The notes below the pieces were generated by a model. It ran no database searches. It was not told where the DNA came from and saw only the letters and a list, made by a program, of their open reading frames with translations. A program made the position numbers and the translations under genes. From contig MCFE01000361.1 in assembly GCA_002104905.1 (NCBI GenBank), positions 23,327 through 87,326 on the forward strand: 64,000 bases of DNA. The letters are read 5' to 3'. This stretch comes from Basidiobolus meristosporus CBS 931.73 (taxonomy: Eukaryota > Fungi > Basidiobolomycota). Positions 45,770 through 60,000 of this stretch are shown in pieces (position 1 is the first letter of the stretch; every line of letters begins with the position of its first letter).

Positions 45770-48700
45770 GCTAAAGAACTTGCAAGGAAGTGAATTATCA
45801 GAGACCTCATACAAATGAAAAAGCCATCCAGATTGCCATTGATTACAACTCCACTATATTTGGAGTTGGGAAGCCCGCAATGACTGATCAGAGAGGCCAT
45901 AATCACTATGAAAGACAACAATCAGAAGCAGTGCCAATGAAAACAGATGGTATGCAGAAGGATCATATCTCAGAAGAGTTTAAGAAGAAAGGTCTTTGCC
46001 TATTTGCCACATACCAAGGTGCTCATCATTATATGCATTGGAGATGCCCCAGCCATCACCAAGATAGCCAGTATTTCTAAGCATAACTGGAGGTATTGTT
46101 GTCAAATGTGCCAACCTAGCAGATTTACTTAATGACTCCCAATCATTATTATTATCCAAACATCTATACAACAAACATTGACTTCCCTAAGAGAGAACAT
46201 ATAGAAGTCAGTATGCAATTGTAGCAATGCTGGCATGCTATAAGCCATTGATGATGAGGTAATCAAATGAGTTAACAGCAGCCATATATATTAGGAAAAG
46301 CAATTAGCTAGTTCTAGATCCAACAAAATATGTATAAGCAGCTGCTGGAATCTCACAGAAAATCAGTTGAGGTTCTAGTGATATCAACACTTGCTTAAAT
46401 TCCTATTGCTGTATAACTCTTCTATCATGACTGGCAACACTGATATAAGTAAAAACAGAAGCCTTCCTACTGAAGAAAGCAGAACTCTGCTTGAAGCTGT
46501 TGGAACACTAAGAATAGATCAATGCTATGCATCAAGTCCCTGCCCAACAGCAACAGCTACTCCAGATTCTTAGCTGGCAGAAATAAGCAATGACTACCAT
46601 TGGACAAAACCAGCAATGCCCTGTTAGTAGCAACTTTTGTGTGAATGTGAACTTGTACCATGGTGGAGTCACTGGATACCTCATTATTGGCTCTTTCATA
46701 TTAAAGTAGCAGCTCAGGGCTAAATGGACTGCCCCAGAAAGCAGTTACAATGTGCCACTTCTTACTGATGCTAAAGGTCTTGACATCAGATTTGTAGAGC
46801 TATAGCAGGTTTTGCTAGTGTTGTATTCACCAAACTTAGACTGAAACTTCTTAATATACCAGCAACTACTAGGTTGCCATTGTCAATGATTCACCTATGT
46901 TTGAAGTGATAAAGTCTAAATTGACTTTATGGGAGGCTACAGTTACCTTATAGAAAGGCAATCCAAAGCAGTGCCAAGGGAAATCAATACTATGCAAAGA
47001 ATACCGCAGAAGAATGAAAGAGAAATAACTTGAAGAAGACTTTCAACTTACCATTTATGTGAAGGAGCAATAACTATCCCAAAGAGCCCCAAATTCAGGA
47101 AAGCCACTATACTTCAATGGAGATATAAGCTGAGTGACTCTCAGGATCAAGATTGACCCAGAAGTATCACACAGGTCTATGTCGGACTAATTTGCCTTGA
47201 AAGCAGGAATCAACTTTGAATTTACTAAATAGACTTCAGTCTCATCTGCTGATGTGAACTTCAAATAATCAACCATATTATTCAGCCAGTAAGAATGAAA
47301 GTTAATTGGTATAAAGTAGACCTACTAGTTGACAAATTTGGAACTTCAATTTTGGCCTTGTACTGGAAAAACATAGCATTCCATTGTATTCAATCAATTA
47401 ACCAGAGATCCCATACTACTTGAATTTAAAGCTAAGAAGACTTATGAGCTACTGACTGCCTGATTGGACTTCAGCTTTGCTAATTGCAGTATGAGTGATA
47501 CAAGTGAACTTAGTAAGATTCAGCTGAGTGGAGGTTTTAGGAAAGATAGCCACATGTTTCTTATGGCAGTATCACCAGGGGATACCTCTGCTCCAATTCC
47601 CAGAAAGTCAAACTATTTTGAAGGAGTACTCAAATGTGCTTCCAGTGGAACTTGTGAGCCTACCACCAGTCTGAATAGATGATTAGGCCATTGACACCAG
47701 GGATAGTCATCCTGTGTGTGTTACAAGTCTTGGTATAAGAGTTGTAGAGGAATAGAGAGTTTAGCTAGTATTGTATTCACTAAAACTTGAACTGATTTTT
47801 ATTGAGGTTCCAGCAGCTCCTTGTATACATTTTGCCAGATCAATTGCTGACTAATTGTATTTCCTAATGTAGGTTGTGGCTGATGACTCATTTGAGTGCA
47901 TCATCATCACCCAATAAGAACCTACTTAATATATCTATTTCTGTCTGATAAGGATCTGCTGATTCATTTGCTGACTAATGCTACTGATTTCATAGATAAT
48001 ACTGATATACTGATAACCTAAATATATACTAATTGATTTGACTAAAAACTGATCTAACTTCAACATTAAAGCAGCAGATCATAACATTCTCCCCTACTAA
48101 AGTTGAGAGGGTTCTCCTGAATCTCTTTTCTTGTGATACCAATATCTTGATGATTCAGTATTATCAGCAAGTCTTGCAAGCTTGAGTCTGTCCCTATGCA
48201 CTAAGTCTTCCCAGATATTACCTTGTTTGTCCACCAGTTGGTAAGTTGCAAATGGACATTCTCTGATGATCTTGAATGGTCCTGTCCATTGTGGCTCAAA
48301 CTTCTTCCAAGTGTTGTTTCTTAGCAATACAAAGTTCCCAACTGTCAATGCTTCTGGTGCTATAGTCTTATCAAATCTCTGCTTCATCTTTTCTGCGCTT
48401 TGAGATACTTTGGTCTGTGCCTCTTGACGTCTTTGTTCCAGTTGCTGGTGTCTACTTGGCTGACTGAGTTCATCTTCTAAGGTGTCTGTAAGTTTTGGTT
48501 GTGTGAGATCTCCTGGAATCCTTGGTTCACATCCATAAACTAAGTAAAATGGTGATTGCTGGGTGGTGTTGTGTACTCTGACTCTGCATGCAAAGAGTGC
48601 TTGGTCTATATACTCATCCCATCTACTGACAACTCCATTTGCATACTTGGTCAGCATTTTTCCAAATAATCCATTAAACCGCTCAGTGACTCCATTAGTT

Positions 48701-51700
48701 ATGGGGTGATATGCCAAGGTTTTCAAGTGTCTGATCTGCTGCATTTCCAGGTAAGCCTCTAATGTCTTTGCCATAAAGTTTGCTCCTCTATCAGATAAGA
48801 TCTCCACAGGGCATTCAAACTTCATCAGGATCTCATGGTAAATGAAACTTGTAACTTCTTGTTCACTGGCTATTGGTACAGCTTTAGCAACTGGCCATTT
48901 AGTGGCATGGTCAATTGCTACTAGGATCCAACAGTTGCATTTCCTGGTAGTTGGCAGTCTTCCAATAAAGTCAATTCCCCATCTCTCAAATGGTCTTACA
49001 GGCTCCAAAGGGAAGAGTTTGGCAATTCTTTGTGGCTGGCCTTGATTTATTTGGCAGTTTGGGCATGTTTTCACTAGCTTCTCAATATCTTGTTTCATTC
49101 TGGGCCACCATGCTCTTGCTTTCACAAGGCTATAGGTTCCTTCAATCCCAAGATGTCCATATCCATTGTGTAGCTTATGTATTAAATCCAGGCAAGCAAC
49201 ATAAGGACAATAGGCAATAGGGCTTCCATCAACAATTTGGTAGAGTGTTTCATTCTGTACAACAAATTTGCTGGCTTCATCACGGATTATATTCTTGATA
49301 TCTTCATCCACCTCATTAGGAATGGCTTGGTCCTCCAAGTACTTTGGTAATAGGCTAGGCCAATCTGATTCATGCACCAAGTTGGGTTGTGCAACTTGAT
49401 CTAATCTTGATAAGGCATCAGCAAGCGTGTTGTTTTTTCCAGGACAGTAGACAATCTCCAGGTCAAATTGCTGAATGTATTCACTCCATCTTGTCATTCT
49501 TCTAGAGAGTACCTTCTGAGTAAATATATACTTGAGGGAAGCATGATCAGTCTTCACAGTGCATTTGACTCCTTCAATATAGCATCTCCATGTCTTCAAA
49601 CAGTGTATTATAGCAAGCATCTCCTTCTCATGGACTGGATAGTTTTGTTCTGCTGAGTTCAGTTTCTTGGATTCAAAGGCAACAGGGTAGTCCTTTCCCT
49701 TGTGTTCTTGGCTCAGCACTCCACCAATTGCATAATCTGAAGCATCTGTGCGTAGAGTGAACTCTTTTCTGAAGTCTGGTATTCTTAAGCTTGGCAACTT
49801 AGCAAGTTCATTCTTTAGCGTCTGGAAGGCAGTCTCACAAGCTATGTCCCACTTGTAGGTATTGTCTTTCTTGAGGATATCAGTTAAAGGGGCTGCAATA
49901 CTTGCAAATGACTTGACAAATCTCCAATAATAGGAAACCATTCCAACGATGGATCTGAGTTCTGATATGCTATGGGGCTGCTTCAAATTCTTGATTACTT
50001 CCACCTTCTTTGGGTCTAAGGTTACTCCTGTGCTAGTCACTATGTGTCCCAGGTATTCAACGTGCTCCTTGAAGAATTCACACTTGGCTAGCTTGCCATA
50101 TAGCTTGTTCTCTCTTAGTTTCTTCAAGACCTTTTCAATGTGCACTACATGATCCTCTTCTGTCTTGCTGTATATCAATATGTCATCCAGGTAGATTATC
50201 ACAAACTTGTCTAAGTACTCCTGAAAGACAGTCTGCATCAGCGTCATGAATGTTGCAGGGGCATTAGTGAGGCCAAAACTCATGACTAAGTACTTGTAAT
50301 GTCCATATCTGGTCCTGAATGCTGTCTTAGGGATATCTTCTGGTTTCACCCTAATCTGGTTGTATCCTGACATGAGGTCAATCTTGCTGAAAATAGTGGC
50401 TCCATTAAGTTGGTCAAAAAGCTCATCAATCCAAGGTATGGGGTACTTATTCTTGACGGTAACTGAGTTCAGGGCTCTGTAGTCAATTCACATCCTAAGT
50501 GTTCCATCCTTCTTTTTCACAAAAAGCACTGGTGCTCCCCAGGGTGACTTGCTGGGCCTGATGTATCCTTGCTCCAATAGCTGATCAATTTGTCTCTTCA
50601 TTTCCTCCAATTCCAATGGACTCATTCTGTAAGGTGTCTTGCTCACTGGAGGGCTATCTCCTGTGTCAATGGCATGATCCACGTCTCTGACTGGTGGTAG
50701 GCTTACAAGCTCATCTGGAAACACGTCTGAATATTTCTTCAAGAGAGTCTGGACCTGCTGGGGTGCTGGGGTAGAGGAATCTTCCTGTAATACAGCCATG
50801 AGGAACATCTCAGTACCTTTTCTAAGTGCTCTACAGAACTGGGTCTTGCTAAGTTCACTTGTCTCACACACACTGGAATTGACGAAGTTGAAATCCAGCC
50901 TGGCAGGTAATAGCTCATAGGTCTTGTTGTCTTTTTGGATCTGAGTGGCATGGGTTCTCCAGTTGATTGATGGATTACAACAAAATAGCCAGGTTTTCCC
51001 AAGTACAAGGTCAAACTTGCAGTTCCCAAATATATAAGCCTGTAGGTCTTCTTCATAGTCATTGATCTTCATTCTTACTGGCTGGGTAATACGGTTGATT
51101 ATGTGGGAGTTCCCATCAGCTGTGGAGACTGAAGTTGATTTGGTAGGTTCCAAGTTGATTCCAGCTTTCAAAGCAAATTGCTCTGACATGTACTCATGCA
51201 ATGCTCCTGAGTCAATCATGATCTTGGCAGGTACTCCATTGATTACTCCATTCAAGTATAATAACTTCCCTAAGTTTGAAGTTATTTGGGACAAGTACTC
51301 TTCTGTCATATGGAAGGTGAGTTCCGAGTCTTCTTCAAGCTCATCTTCCACATTACTGTGTTCATGGGACTCAATATGGTTGAAGGCTCTTGTTGGCTGG
51401 TGTCCATTTCTTCTCTGAGGGCAGTACTTTGCAATATGTCCCTGCTGGTGGCAATTGAAGCAAAGTCCTCTCTTCTTGCATTCTTCTGAGGAGGGATTCT
51501 TCTGCATAGCGTCTATTTCTATTGGTACTACTTCTGATTGTCTTCTTTTATAATGATTATAGCCTTTCTGATTAGTCACTGTAGGCTTCCCAACTCCAAA
51601 CATAGCTGAGTCATAATCAATGGCAATCTTGATGGCTTCTTCAATAGTCTGAGGTCTTCAGTAATTGACTTCCTTGCGAGTTCTTTCTTTCAACCCATCA

Positions 51701-53200
51701 ATAAAGTATTCAACTTGATCCAAGGGGTCCATTCTTTCAATTTGTCCAAGTAGACATTGGTACTCATAGATGTATTCTTGCACCATTCCTTTCTGTCTGA
51801 GTGTCTTTAACTTCCTTCTTAGTAGTGTCTGCTGGTGTGGAGGTTCAAAAGCATCCTGAATTTCTGACACAAACTCATCCCAGGTAGAGATTGCAGAGCA
51901 TCCCATCATAGTAGCCGACCTGATCTTGTTGTGGTACCACTGTAAAGCTGCATCTGCCAGGTAAGAAGCTGCATAATGCAACTTGCTCTCTGGAGCAATT
52001 CCTTTAGCTTTAAAAGCTTCTTCAATCTGAAAGAGCCAAGTTCCCAGGTTTTCATTGACTCTGCCATGGTACCGGTTGACCTTCACACTAAAGTTGCTCT
52101 TGACAGGGCTTTGCTGGCTCTGAGCCATGGTAGTCATTCCTTGTTGCTGTTGGCTGAGGATCTGGAGTAGCTGTTGCTGTTGGGCCAGGATTTGCTGCAT
52201 GGCATTCTTCCATTCTTGATTGTCCAACATCTTGAGGGTGGTTTCTTCTTTCTTCAGGAGGGAGGTTTCTGGTTTTTGCTGCTACCAATGTTACAAGTCT
52301 TGGTATAAGAGTTGTAGAGGAATAGAGAGTTTAGCTAGTATTGTATTCACTAAAACTTGAACTGATTTTTATTGAGGTTCCAGCAGCTCCTTGTATACAT
52401 TTTGCCAGATCAATTGCTGACTAATTGTATTTCCTAATGTAGGTTGTGGCTGATGACTCATTTGATTGCATCATCATCACCCAATAAGATCCTACTTAAT
52501 ATATCTATTTCTGTCTGATAAGGATCTGCTGATTTGTTTGCTGACTAATGCTACTGATTTCATAGATAATACTGATATACTGATAACCTAAATATATACT
52601 AATTGATTTGACTAAAAACTGATCTAACTTCAACATTAAAGCGGCAGATCATAACATGTGCAAGATACCTCAAAGAATGACTCTGCTAGCAATGGGGAAG
52701 ATGAAGTAACAAAATGGCCAGCCATCTCAACAAGGATGCATAAACCCAGCAGGTAACCCAGGGGAGCACTGGTGCTATTTGTAAAAAGAAAGATGGAACA
52801 CTCAGGATGTGCATTGAATACAGAAACCTGAGCTCAGTACTGTGAAGAATATGTACTCACATCCTGGAATGATGGCTTTTGGCCTCTATGTGAAGTAAAA
52901 TTGATCTCAAGTCAGGATATAACCCAACTAGGTTGAAACTGGAAGATATCCCTACAATCACATCCAGGTCAAGATATGGGCACAATGAGTATAAGTTATG
53001 AGTTTTGGCCTTACCAATGCCCCAGTAATTTTCATAGCTTTGATGTCAGCTGTCTTCCAGGAGTACCTAGATAGGTGCTCCACCTAATTCACTGTGAGAA
53101 GGTCTTATAGTGGCTATGAGAGAACAAGCTAACTGGTAAGCTACACAAGTATGAGTTCTTTAGGGACTACTCTGAATATCAAGGAAACATAGTGACTAGA
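45770..53200 (+). mobile_element. Old decayed gypsy-D copy or copies (D0), host of D1
   Basis: Gag/PR relics at 45770-47718. The RT relic resumes at 52657 ([18 protein letters not shown]), joining across the TGTG duplication. Confidence 0.75.
47719..52656 (-). mobile_element. Young full-length Ty3/gypsy element D1 (gag-CCHC, PR, RT, RH, IN; single frame with two premature stops)
   Basis: 368-bp LTRs (47719-48086, 52289-52656) differ at 5 positions by eye. [58 protein letters not shown]. In-frame TGA at 51658 and 50488. Confidence 0.96.
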
Positions 53201-53599
53201 GCTTGTGTGCATTGATTAGATATTACCCCTTTTTCAAACTCCTTACTTTCTGACTCACACAATGTACTTACACTCCATGCATTCAAGTTGGTTTATATCC
53301 ATAAAATCTTCAGCCAAAGCTTAATTGCCAACTATACTAGCCTAAACAAGTTTCTATACCCAACACTAACCTTGAGCCCAGCCTATCTCTCAACAAGTAA
53401 CACCAAAAGAATTCACCATTCAATAAGCTAATTGGCCATAATGCCCTTTTTCCATGACTTTGGCAGGGACACTATGGCAATATGCCATAGTTGATTCACT
53501 AGTTTCATAATGCCCTTTTTCCATGACTTTGTCAGGAACCCTATGGCCATACACCATTAGTCATCCATTGGTTTCCATACATTCTGGTCTTCAGCTGGC

Positions 53600-56125
53600 A
53601 CTGTAAGGTTTAGCATCTAATCTACAACTCATTGCAGTAGTTCCTAATATTATTCAAGTGTACTCTCTTGATCACTGCTCTTGAAGAGGTGCTGCAACCT
53701 CTTGGTGTGCCTGTTACCATTCTCAATCTAATTATTGGCATTGAAATAGTCTTCTGAGTTCTGGCATAGCTGCTTTCCTGCCAATGCAATATCCACTCTG
53801 TCTAGGATAGTTGACATGGAGGCCATGATAGAGAAACTACCTCTCTGTGAAAGCTCATCTACCTCATTATAGTGTAGCTCAACTGGCAGCTGATGCTCCT
53901 ATGGTATGCTGAGCTTAGGGTGATGGCATGCCAGACTTTGTATGACCTGTTCAATATTAGCCTGCACTTTATTACAGCACTCAATAGCTTCATAGATCTT
54001 AAATATCTTTAGAATTTTAGCGCTAGGCTAAAATATGACAGTCTTTCCCTCTCATGCTGTGATAGAGTTTTTTGTGGGCTTTATCTTTAAGCATTGTTGT
54101 TGTGCTTCAAAGACTGAACAGCATTCTTATACAAATACATTGGGGAACAGGTCAATTCTGGTCTGTTGCATTGAGCTACTTTGAATCCTTCTTTGCAGCC
54201 TAGATACTGTGCTTTCTATATGCAATGTTGATTGCTCCACACTAATTATCCACCCATCTTGTCACAGCACTTTGCTGTGGCTTCTCTGGGCAAATGAATA
54301 TATCTTATCAGCCACTAGGCATAATTGTCTCATTTATGCTCTGGGATGAGCTGACAACATATTTACTAATTCTGTATGTGGGGATGTTAGGGTGAACACT
54401 TGTTGGTTGTCCACCAAAGATACTTCATTTGCTACATTATCATTTTCCTGTGCACTATGGTCAGCTTGCAGCTTTGCAGAGATGCTCAATCCCTTATTTG
54501 ACTGAGCACATGGAGAACCAAATAATTACCATCAGTGGTCACACTGTCAACATGGCCTTCTTTGGATGTAGCCCCTCTGATTGTATAGAATTACAAAGCA
54601 AGCTGTTGTCCAGCAGTTATTCTGCTGTTGCTTATAGGAGGTTTTGGATGGGAGCCAGCCTCCTTTGCATAATTTATGGCTGCAAATATATAGAAGTAAA
54701 TCAAACCAATGGGAGATATTAATGCAGTTATAAAGTATATGTAGTGCCACAGCTTTACTGATGGTGCATACTTTGGTTGGTCCCCATTGAGTCTTTCATT
54801 CATATATGTGTAATTTCTGAAGTACAAACTGTCCCAAACTCACATAGGTACTCACAATAAGTGATATAATGGCATGATGTTATGGAGTGTCAAGCTGTAT
54901 GCCACCACATCAAGACTACTGTGACCCAATACTGTAATGGAAGGGAAGAAGACAATATGACAAACCCAAAAAGCATCTCAGCCATCAACCTTGCACACAG
55001 TATAGTATGAGTTACAAGGATTGCAGTCAATGTTTTACTACACAAGAAATATTTCAGCATTGATCAGTCACTGCAGTACTAAAAGTGTCTTGTCAGCCAC
55101 CTTGTATCTACAATAGCAACTAGGTGCACCTGTCATCTTGTGTTACAAGTCTTGGTATAAGAGTTGTAGAGGAATTGGGAGTTTAGCTAGTAATAAATTC
55201 ACTAAAACTTGAACTGATTTTTATTGAGGCTTCAGCAGCTCCTTATATACATTTTTGCCAGATCAATTGCTGACTAATTGTATCTCCTAATGCAGATTGT
55301 GGCTGACAACTCATCTGATTGCAACATCATCGCCCAATAAGATCCTACTTGACTAAAAGCTGATCTTACTTAAGCATTTAAGCGGCAGATCATAACACGT
55401 GTACAAACTGGGTTCAGTGAGCTTATGATTCCATTGAGCTCACCTCAGCCTTCTGGATATGGCATGCGAAGTGATAGCATGGATGAAGGAGGCTTAATAA
55501 TGGATTGTAAGCCTATCTCCCCTCACAAGGGTATCCTGCTTGAAACTGGCATAATTCTTGTATGCAATGAGTAAGTCCTGTAAGAAAAGTGTGGACAACA
55601 CCTTACAGAGTCAAGGGGGCCCAAAATGCATTTCCTGGTAAATGATACAATGTTGTAGGTAGAAAATTGGGATGTATCTACAAATAACAGTAATGGGGGT
55701 TTCAAGGATTTACTGCCAGTTCTTGCCAAAATCATCCTTGGATGTAGCTTACCACGCATCTTCTACAAATGTTCAACCATCATGTAGCTAGCAACATATG
55801 ACCCAGAAGCCATTTTAATGCTAGAATGTATCGACAGTTGCATGGCATTAACATCACCAATGTCATAGCTGCTACGTGTCTTACTTGTCAGGAATTGACC
55901 ACCAAAGGCAGACAACACTGCTTGCACTCTAGATGTATTTCTCTGAATCCCTGTCTAAGGAAACAGTCCAACAAACAGAGTGAAGATATAAAATACTGCA
56001 CTCAGTTTCATTCATGTAGATCACTTTCAGTACATTTATGGCAATTGCTGCAAAATACTAAGAAGCAAGGGCTACTTTGAAGGTATGTAAAACCATGCCT
56101 TTGCCTCTGCACTTGATGGATTCTC
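53600..56125 (-). repeat. Unclassified decayed coding repeat U, copy 2 (longer)
   Basis: Colinear with 35950-37430; CpG-depleted; relic frames with TGA/TAA at positions consistent with CGA/CAA decay. Confidence 0.68.
55141..55397 (-). repeat. Short-variant gypsy-D solo LTR inserted in repeat U
   Basis: 257 bp; TSD CTTG/CGTG. The empty site is visible in U copy 1 (TGTGAC-CTTG-CACAAAC near 37030). Confidence 0.88.
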
Positions 56126-57014
56126 TGTTACAAGTCTTGATATAAGAGTTGTAGAGGAATACGGAGTTTATCTAGTATTGTATTCACTAAAGCTTGAACT
56201 GATTTTTATTGAGGTTCTTGCAGCTCCTTATATACATTTTGCCAGGTCAATTGCTGACTAATTGTATTTCCTAATGCAGATTGTGGCTGATGACTCATTT
56301 GATTGCATCATCATTACCCAATCAGATCCTACATTGACATCTATTCCTGTCTGATAAGGATCTGCTGATTCATCTGCTGACTAATGCCACTTGATTTGAT
56401 AGATAACACTGATATACTGATAGTCTAAACATATAACTAATTGATTTGAATAAACAGTTATCTAACTTAAACACACAAGCAGTAGATCATTACATTCTCC
56501 CCTACTAAAGTTGAGAGGGTTCTTCTGAATCTCTTTTCTTGTGAAACTAAAATTTTGATGGATCAGTATTGTCAGCAAGTCTTGCAAGCTTGAATCTGTC
56601 TTTATGAACTAAATCTTCCAAGAAGATATTCCCTAGTTTGCTCACTAGTTGGTAAGTTGCAAATGGACATTCTCTGATGATCTTAATAGGTCCTGTCCAT
56701 TATGGCTCAAGCTCCTTCTGAGTATTTTTTCTGAGCAATACAAAGTTCTTAACTGTCAATGATTCCCCTGATATAGTCTTATAAAATCTCTGCTTCATCT
56801 TTTCTGCACTTTCAGATACTTTGGCCTATGCCTCTTGACATCTTTGTTCCAGCTACTGGTGTCTACTTGGCTGACTAAGTTCATCTTCTAAGGCATCTGT
56901 AAGCTTTGCTTGTGTGAGATCTTCTGGAATCCTTGGTTCACATTCATACACTAAGTAAAATGGCAATTGTTGGGTGGTGCTGCGTACTCTAACTCTGCAT
57001 GCAAAGAGTACTTG
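56126..57014 (-). mobile_element. Older gypsy-D 3' end (D3): 3' LTR 56126-56494, PPT and integrase tail
   Basis: Homologous to D1 47719-48600 with more divergence; cut by the 5' LTR of D2. Confidence 0.88.
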
Positions 57015-60000
57015 TATTATGATCTGCCGGTTGAATGTTTAAGTAAGATCAGTTTTTAGTCAAATCAATTAGTATATGTTTAGATTATCAGTATATCAGT
57101 ATTATCTATGAAGTCAGTAGTATTAGTCAGCAAATGAATCAGCAGATCCTTATCAGATAGAGATAGATATATTAAGTGGGATCTTATTGGGTGATGATGA
57201 TGCACTCAAATGAGTCATCAGCCACAACCTACATTAGGAAATACAATTAGTCAGCAATTGATCTGGCAAAATGTATACAAGGAGCTGCTGGAACCTCAAT
57301 AAAAATCAGTTCAAGTTTTAGTGAATACAATACTAGCTAAACTCTCAATTCCTCTACAACTCTTATACCAAGACTTGTAACATTGGTAGCAGCAAAAACC
57401 AGAAACCTCCCTCCTGAAGAAAGAAGAAACCACCCTCAAGATGTTGGACAATCAAGAATGGAAGAATGCCATGCAGCAAATCCTGGCCCAACAGCAACAG
57501 CTACTCCAGATCCTCAGCCAACAGCAACAAGGAATGACTACCATGGCTCAGAGTCAGCAAAGCCCTGTCAAGAGCAACTTTAGTGTGAAGGTCAACCGGT
57601 ACCATGGCAGAGTCAATGAAAACCTGGGAACTTGGCTCTTTCAGATTGAAGAAGCTTTTAAAGCTAAAGGAATTGCTCCAGAGAGCAAGTTGCATTATGC
57701 AGCTTCTTACCTGGCAGATGAAGCTTTACAGTGGTACCACAACAAGATCAGGTCAGCTACTATGATGGGATGCTCTGCAATCTCTACCTGGGATGAGTTT
57801 GTGTCAGAAATTCAGGATGCTTTTGAACCTCCACACCAGATGACACTACTAAGAAGGAAGTTAAAGACACTCAGACAGAAAGGAATGGTGCAAGAATACA
57901 TCTATGAGTACAGATGTCTACTTGGACAAGTTGAAAGAATAGACCCCTTGGATCAAGTTGAATACTTTATTGATGGGCTGAAAGAAAGAACTCGCAAGGA
58001 AGTCAATTACCAAAGACCTCAGACTATTGAAGAAGCCATCAAGATTGCCATTGACTATGACTCAGCTATGTATGGAGTTGGGAAGCCTACAGTGACTAAT
58101 CAGAAAGGCTAAAATCATTATGAAAGAAGACAATCAGAAGCAGTACCAATGGAAATAGACGCTATGCAGAAGAATCCCTCCTCAGAAGAATGCAAGAAGA
58201 GAGGACTTTGCTTCAATTGCCACCAGCAGGGACATATTGCAAAGTACTGCCCTCAGAGAAGAAATGGACACCAGCCAACAAGAACCTTCAGCCATATTGA
58301 GTCCCATGAACACAGTAATGTGGAAGATGAGCTTGAAGAAGACTCGGAACTCACCTTCCATATGACAGAAGAGTACTTGTCTCAAATAACTTCAAACTTA
58401 GGGAAGTTATTATACTTGAATGGAGTAATCAATGGAGTACCTGCCAAGATCATGACTGACTCAGGAGCATCACATGAGTACATGTCAGAGCAATTTGCTT
58501 TGAAAGCTGGAATCAACTCAGAACCTACCAAATCAACGTCAGTTTCCACAGCTGATGGGAACTCCCATATAATCAACCATATTACCCAGCCAGTAAGAAT
58601 GAAGATCAATGACTATGAAGAAGACCTACAGGCTTATATATTTGGGAACTGCAAGTTTGACCTTGTACTTGGAGAAACCTGGCTATTTTGTTGTAATCCA
58701 TCAATCAACTGGAGAACCCATGCTACTCAGATCCAAAAAGACAACAAGACCTATGAGCTATTACCTGCCATGCTGGATTTCAACTTGGTCAATTCCAGTG
58801 TGTGTGAGACAAGTGAACTTAGCAAGACCCAGTTCTGCAGAGCACTTAGAAAAGGTACTGAGATGTTCCTCATGGCTGTATTACAGGAAGATTCCTCTAC
58901 CCCAGCACCCCAGCAGGTCCAGACTCTCTTGAAGAAATATTCAGACGTGTTTCCAGATGAGCTTGTAAGCCTACCACCAGTCAGAGACGTGGATCATGCC
59001 ATTGACACAGGAGATAGCCCTCCAGTGAGCAAGACACCTTACAGAATGAGTCCATTGGAATTGGAGGAAATGAAGAGACAAATTGATCAGCTATTGGAGC
59101 AAGGATACATCAGGCCCAGCCAGTCACCCTGGGGAGCACCAGTGCTTTTTGTGAAAAAGAAGGATGGAACACTTAGGATGTGCATTGACTACAGAGCCCT
59201 GAACTCAGTTACCATCAAGAATAAGTACCCCATACCTTGGATTGATGAGCTTTTAGACCAACTTAATGGAGCCACTATTTTCAGCAAGATTGACCTCATG
59301 TCAGGATACAACCAGATTAGGGTGAAGCCAGAAGACATCCCAAAGACAGTATTCAGGACCAGATATGGACATTACAAGTACTTAGTCATGAGTTTTGGCC
59401 TCACTAATGCCCCTGTAACATTCATGACACTGATGCAGACTGTCTTTCAGGAGGACTTAGACCAGTTTGTGATAATCTACCTGGATGACATATTGATATA
59501 CAGCAAGACGGAAGAGGATCATGTAGTGCACATTGAAAAGGTCTTGAAGAAACTAAGAGAGAACAAGCTATATGGCAAGCTAGCCAAGTGTGAATTCTTC
59601 AAGGAGCACGTTGAATACCTGGGACACATAGTGACTAACACAGGAGTAACCTTAGACCCAAAGAAGGTGGAAGTAATCAAGAATTTGAAGCAGCCCCATA
59701 GCATATCAGAACTCAGATCCTTCCTTGGAACGGTTTCCTATTATTGGAGATTTGTCAAGTCATTTGCAAGTATTGCAGCCCCTTTAACTGATATCCTCAA
59801 GAAAGACAATACCTACAAGTGGGACATAGCTTGTGAGACTGCCTTCCAGACGCTCAAGAATGAACTTGCTAAGCTGCCAAGCCTAAGAATACCAGACTTC
59901 AGAAAAGAGTTCACTCTGTGCACAGATGCTTCAGATTATGCAATTGGTGGAGTGCTGAGTTAAAAACACAAGGGAAAGGACTACCCTGTTGCCTTTGAAT

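Noticed and set aside
53437-53575. 69-bp tandem duplication
   Set aside because: Only two units with no spacers; not a CRISPR or satellite, likely local slippage.
54880-55480. Tyrosine-recombinase-like words in repeat U (LGHSSL, ITSHA)
   Set aside because: No HxxR or catalytic R/Y spacing could be established, and the motifs are not well conserved in the other copy.
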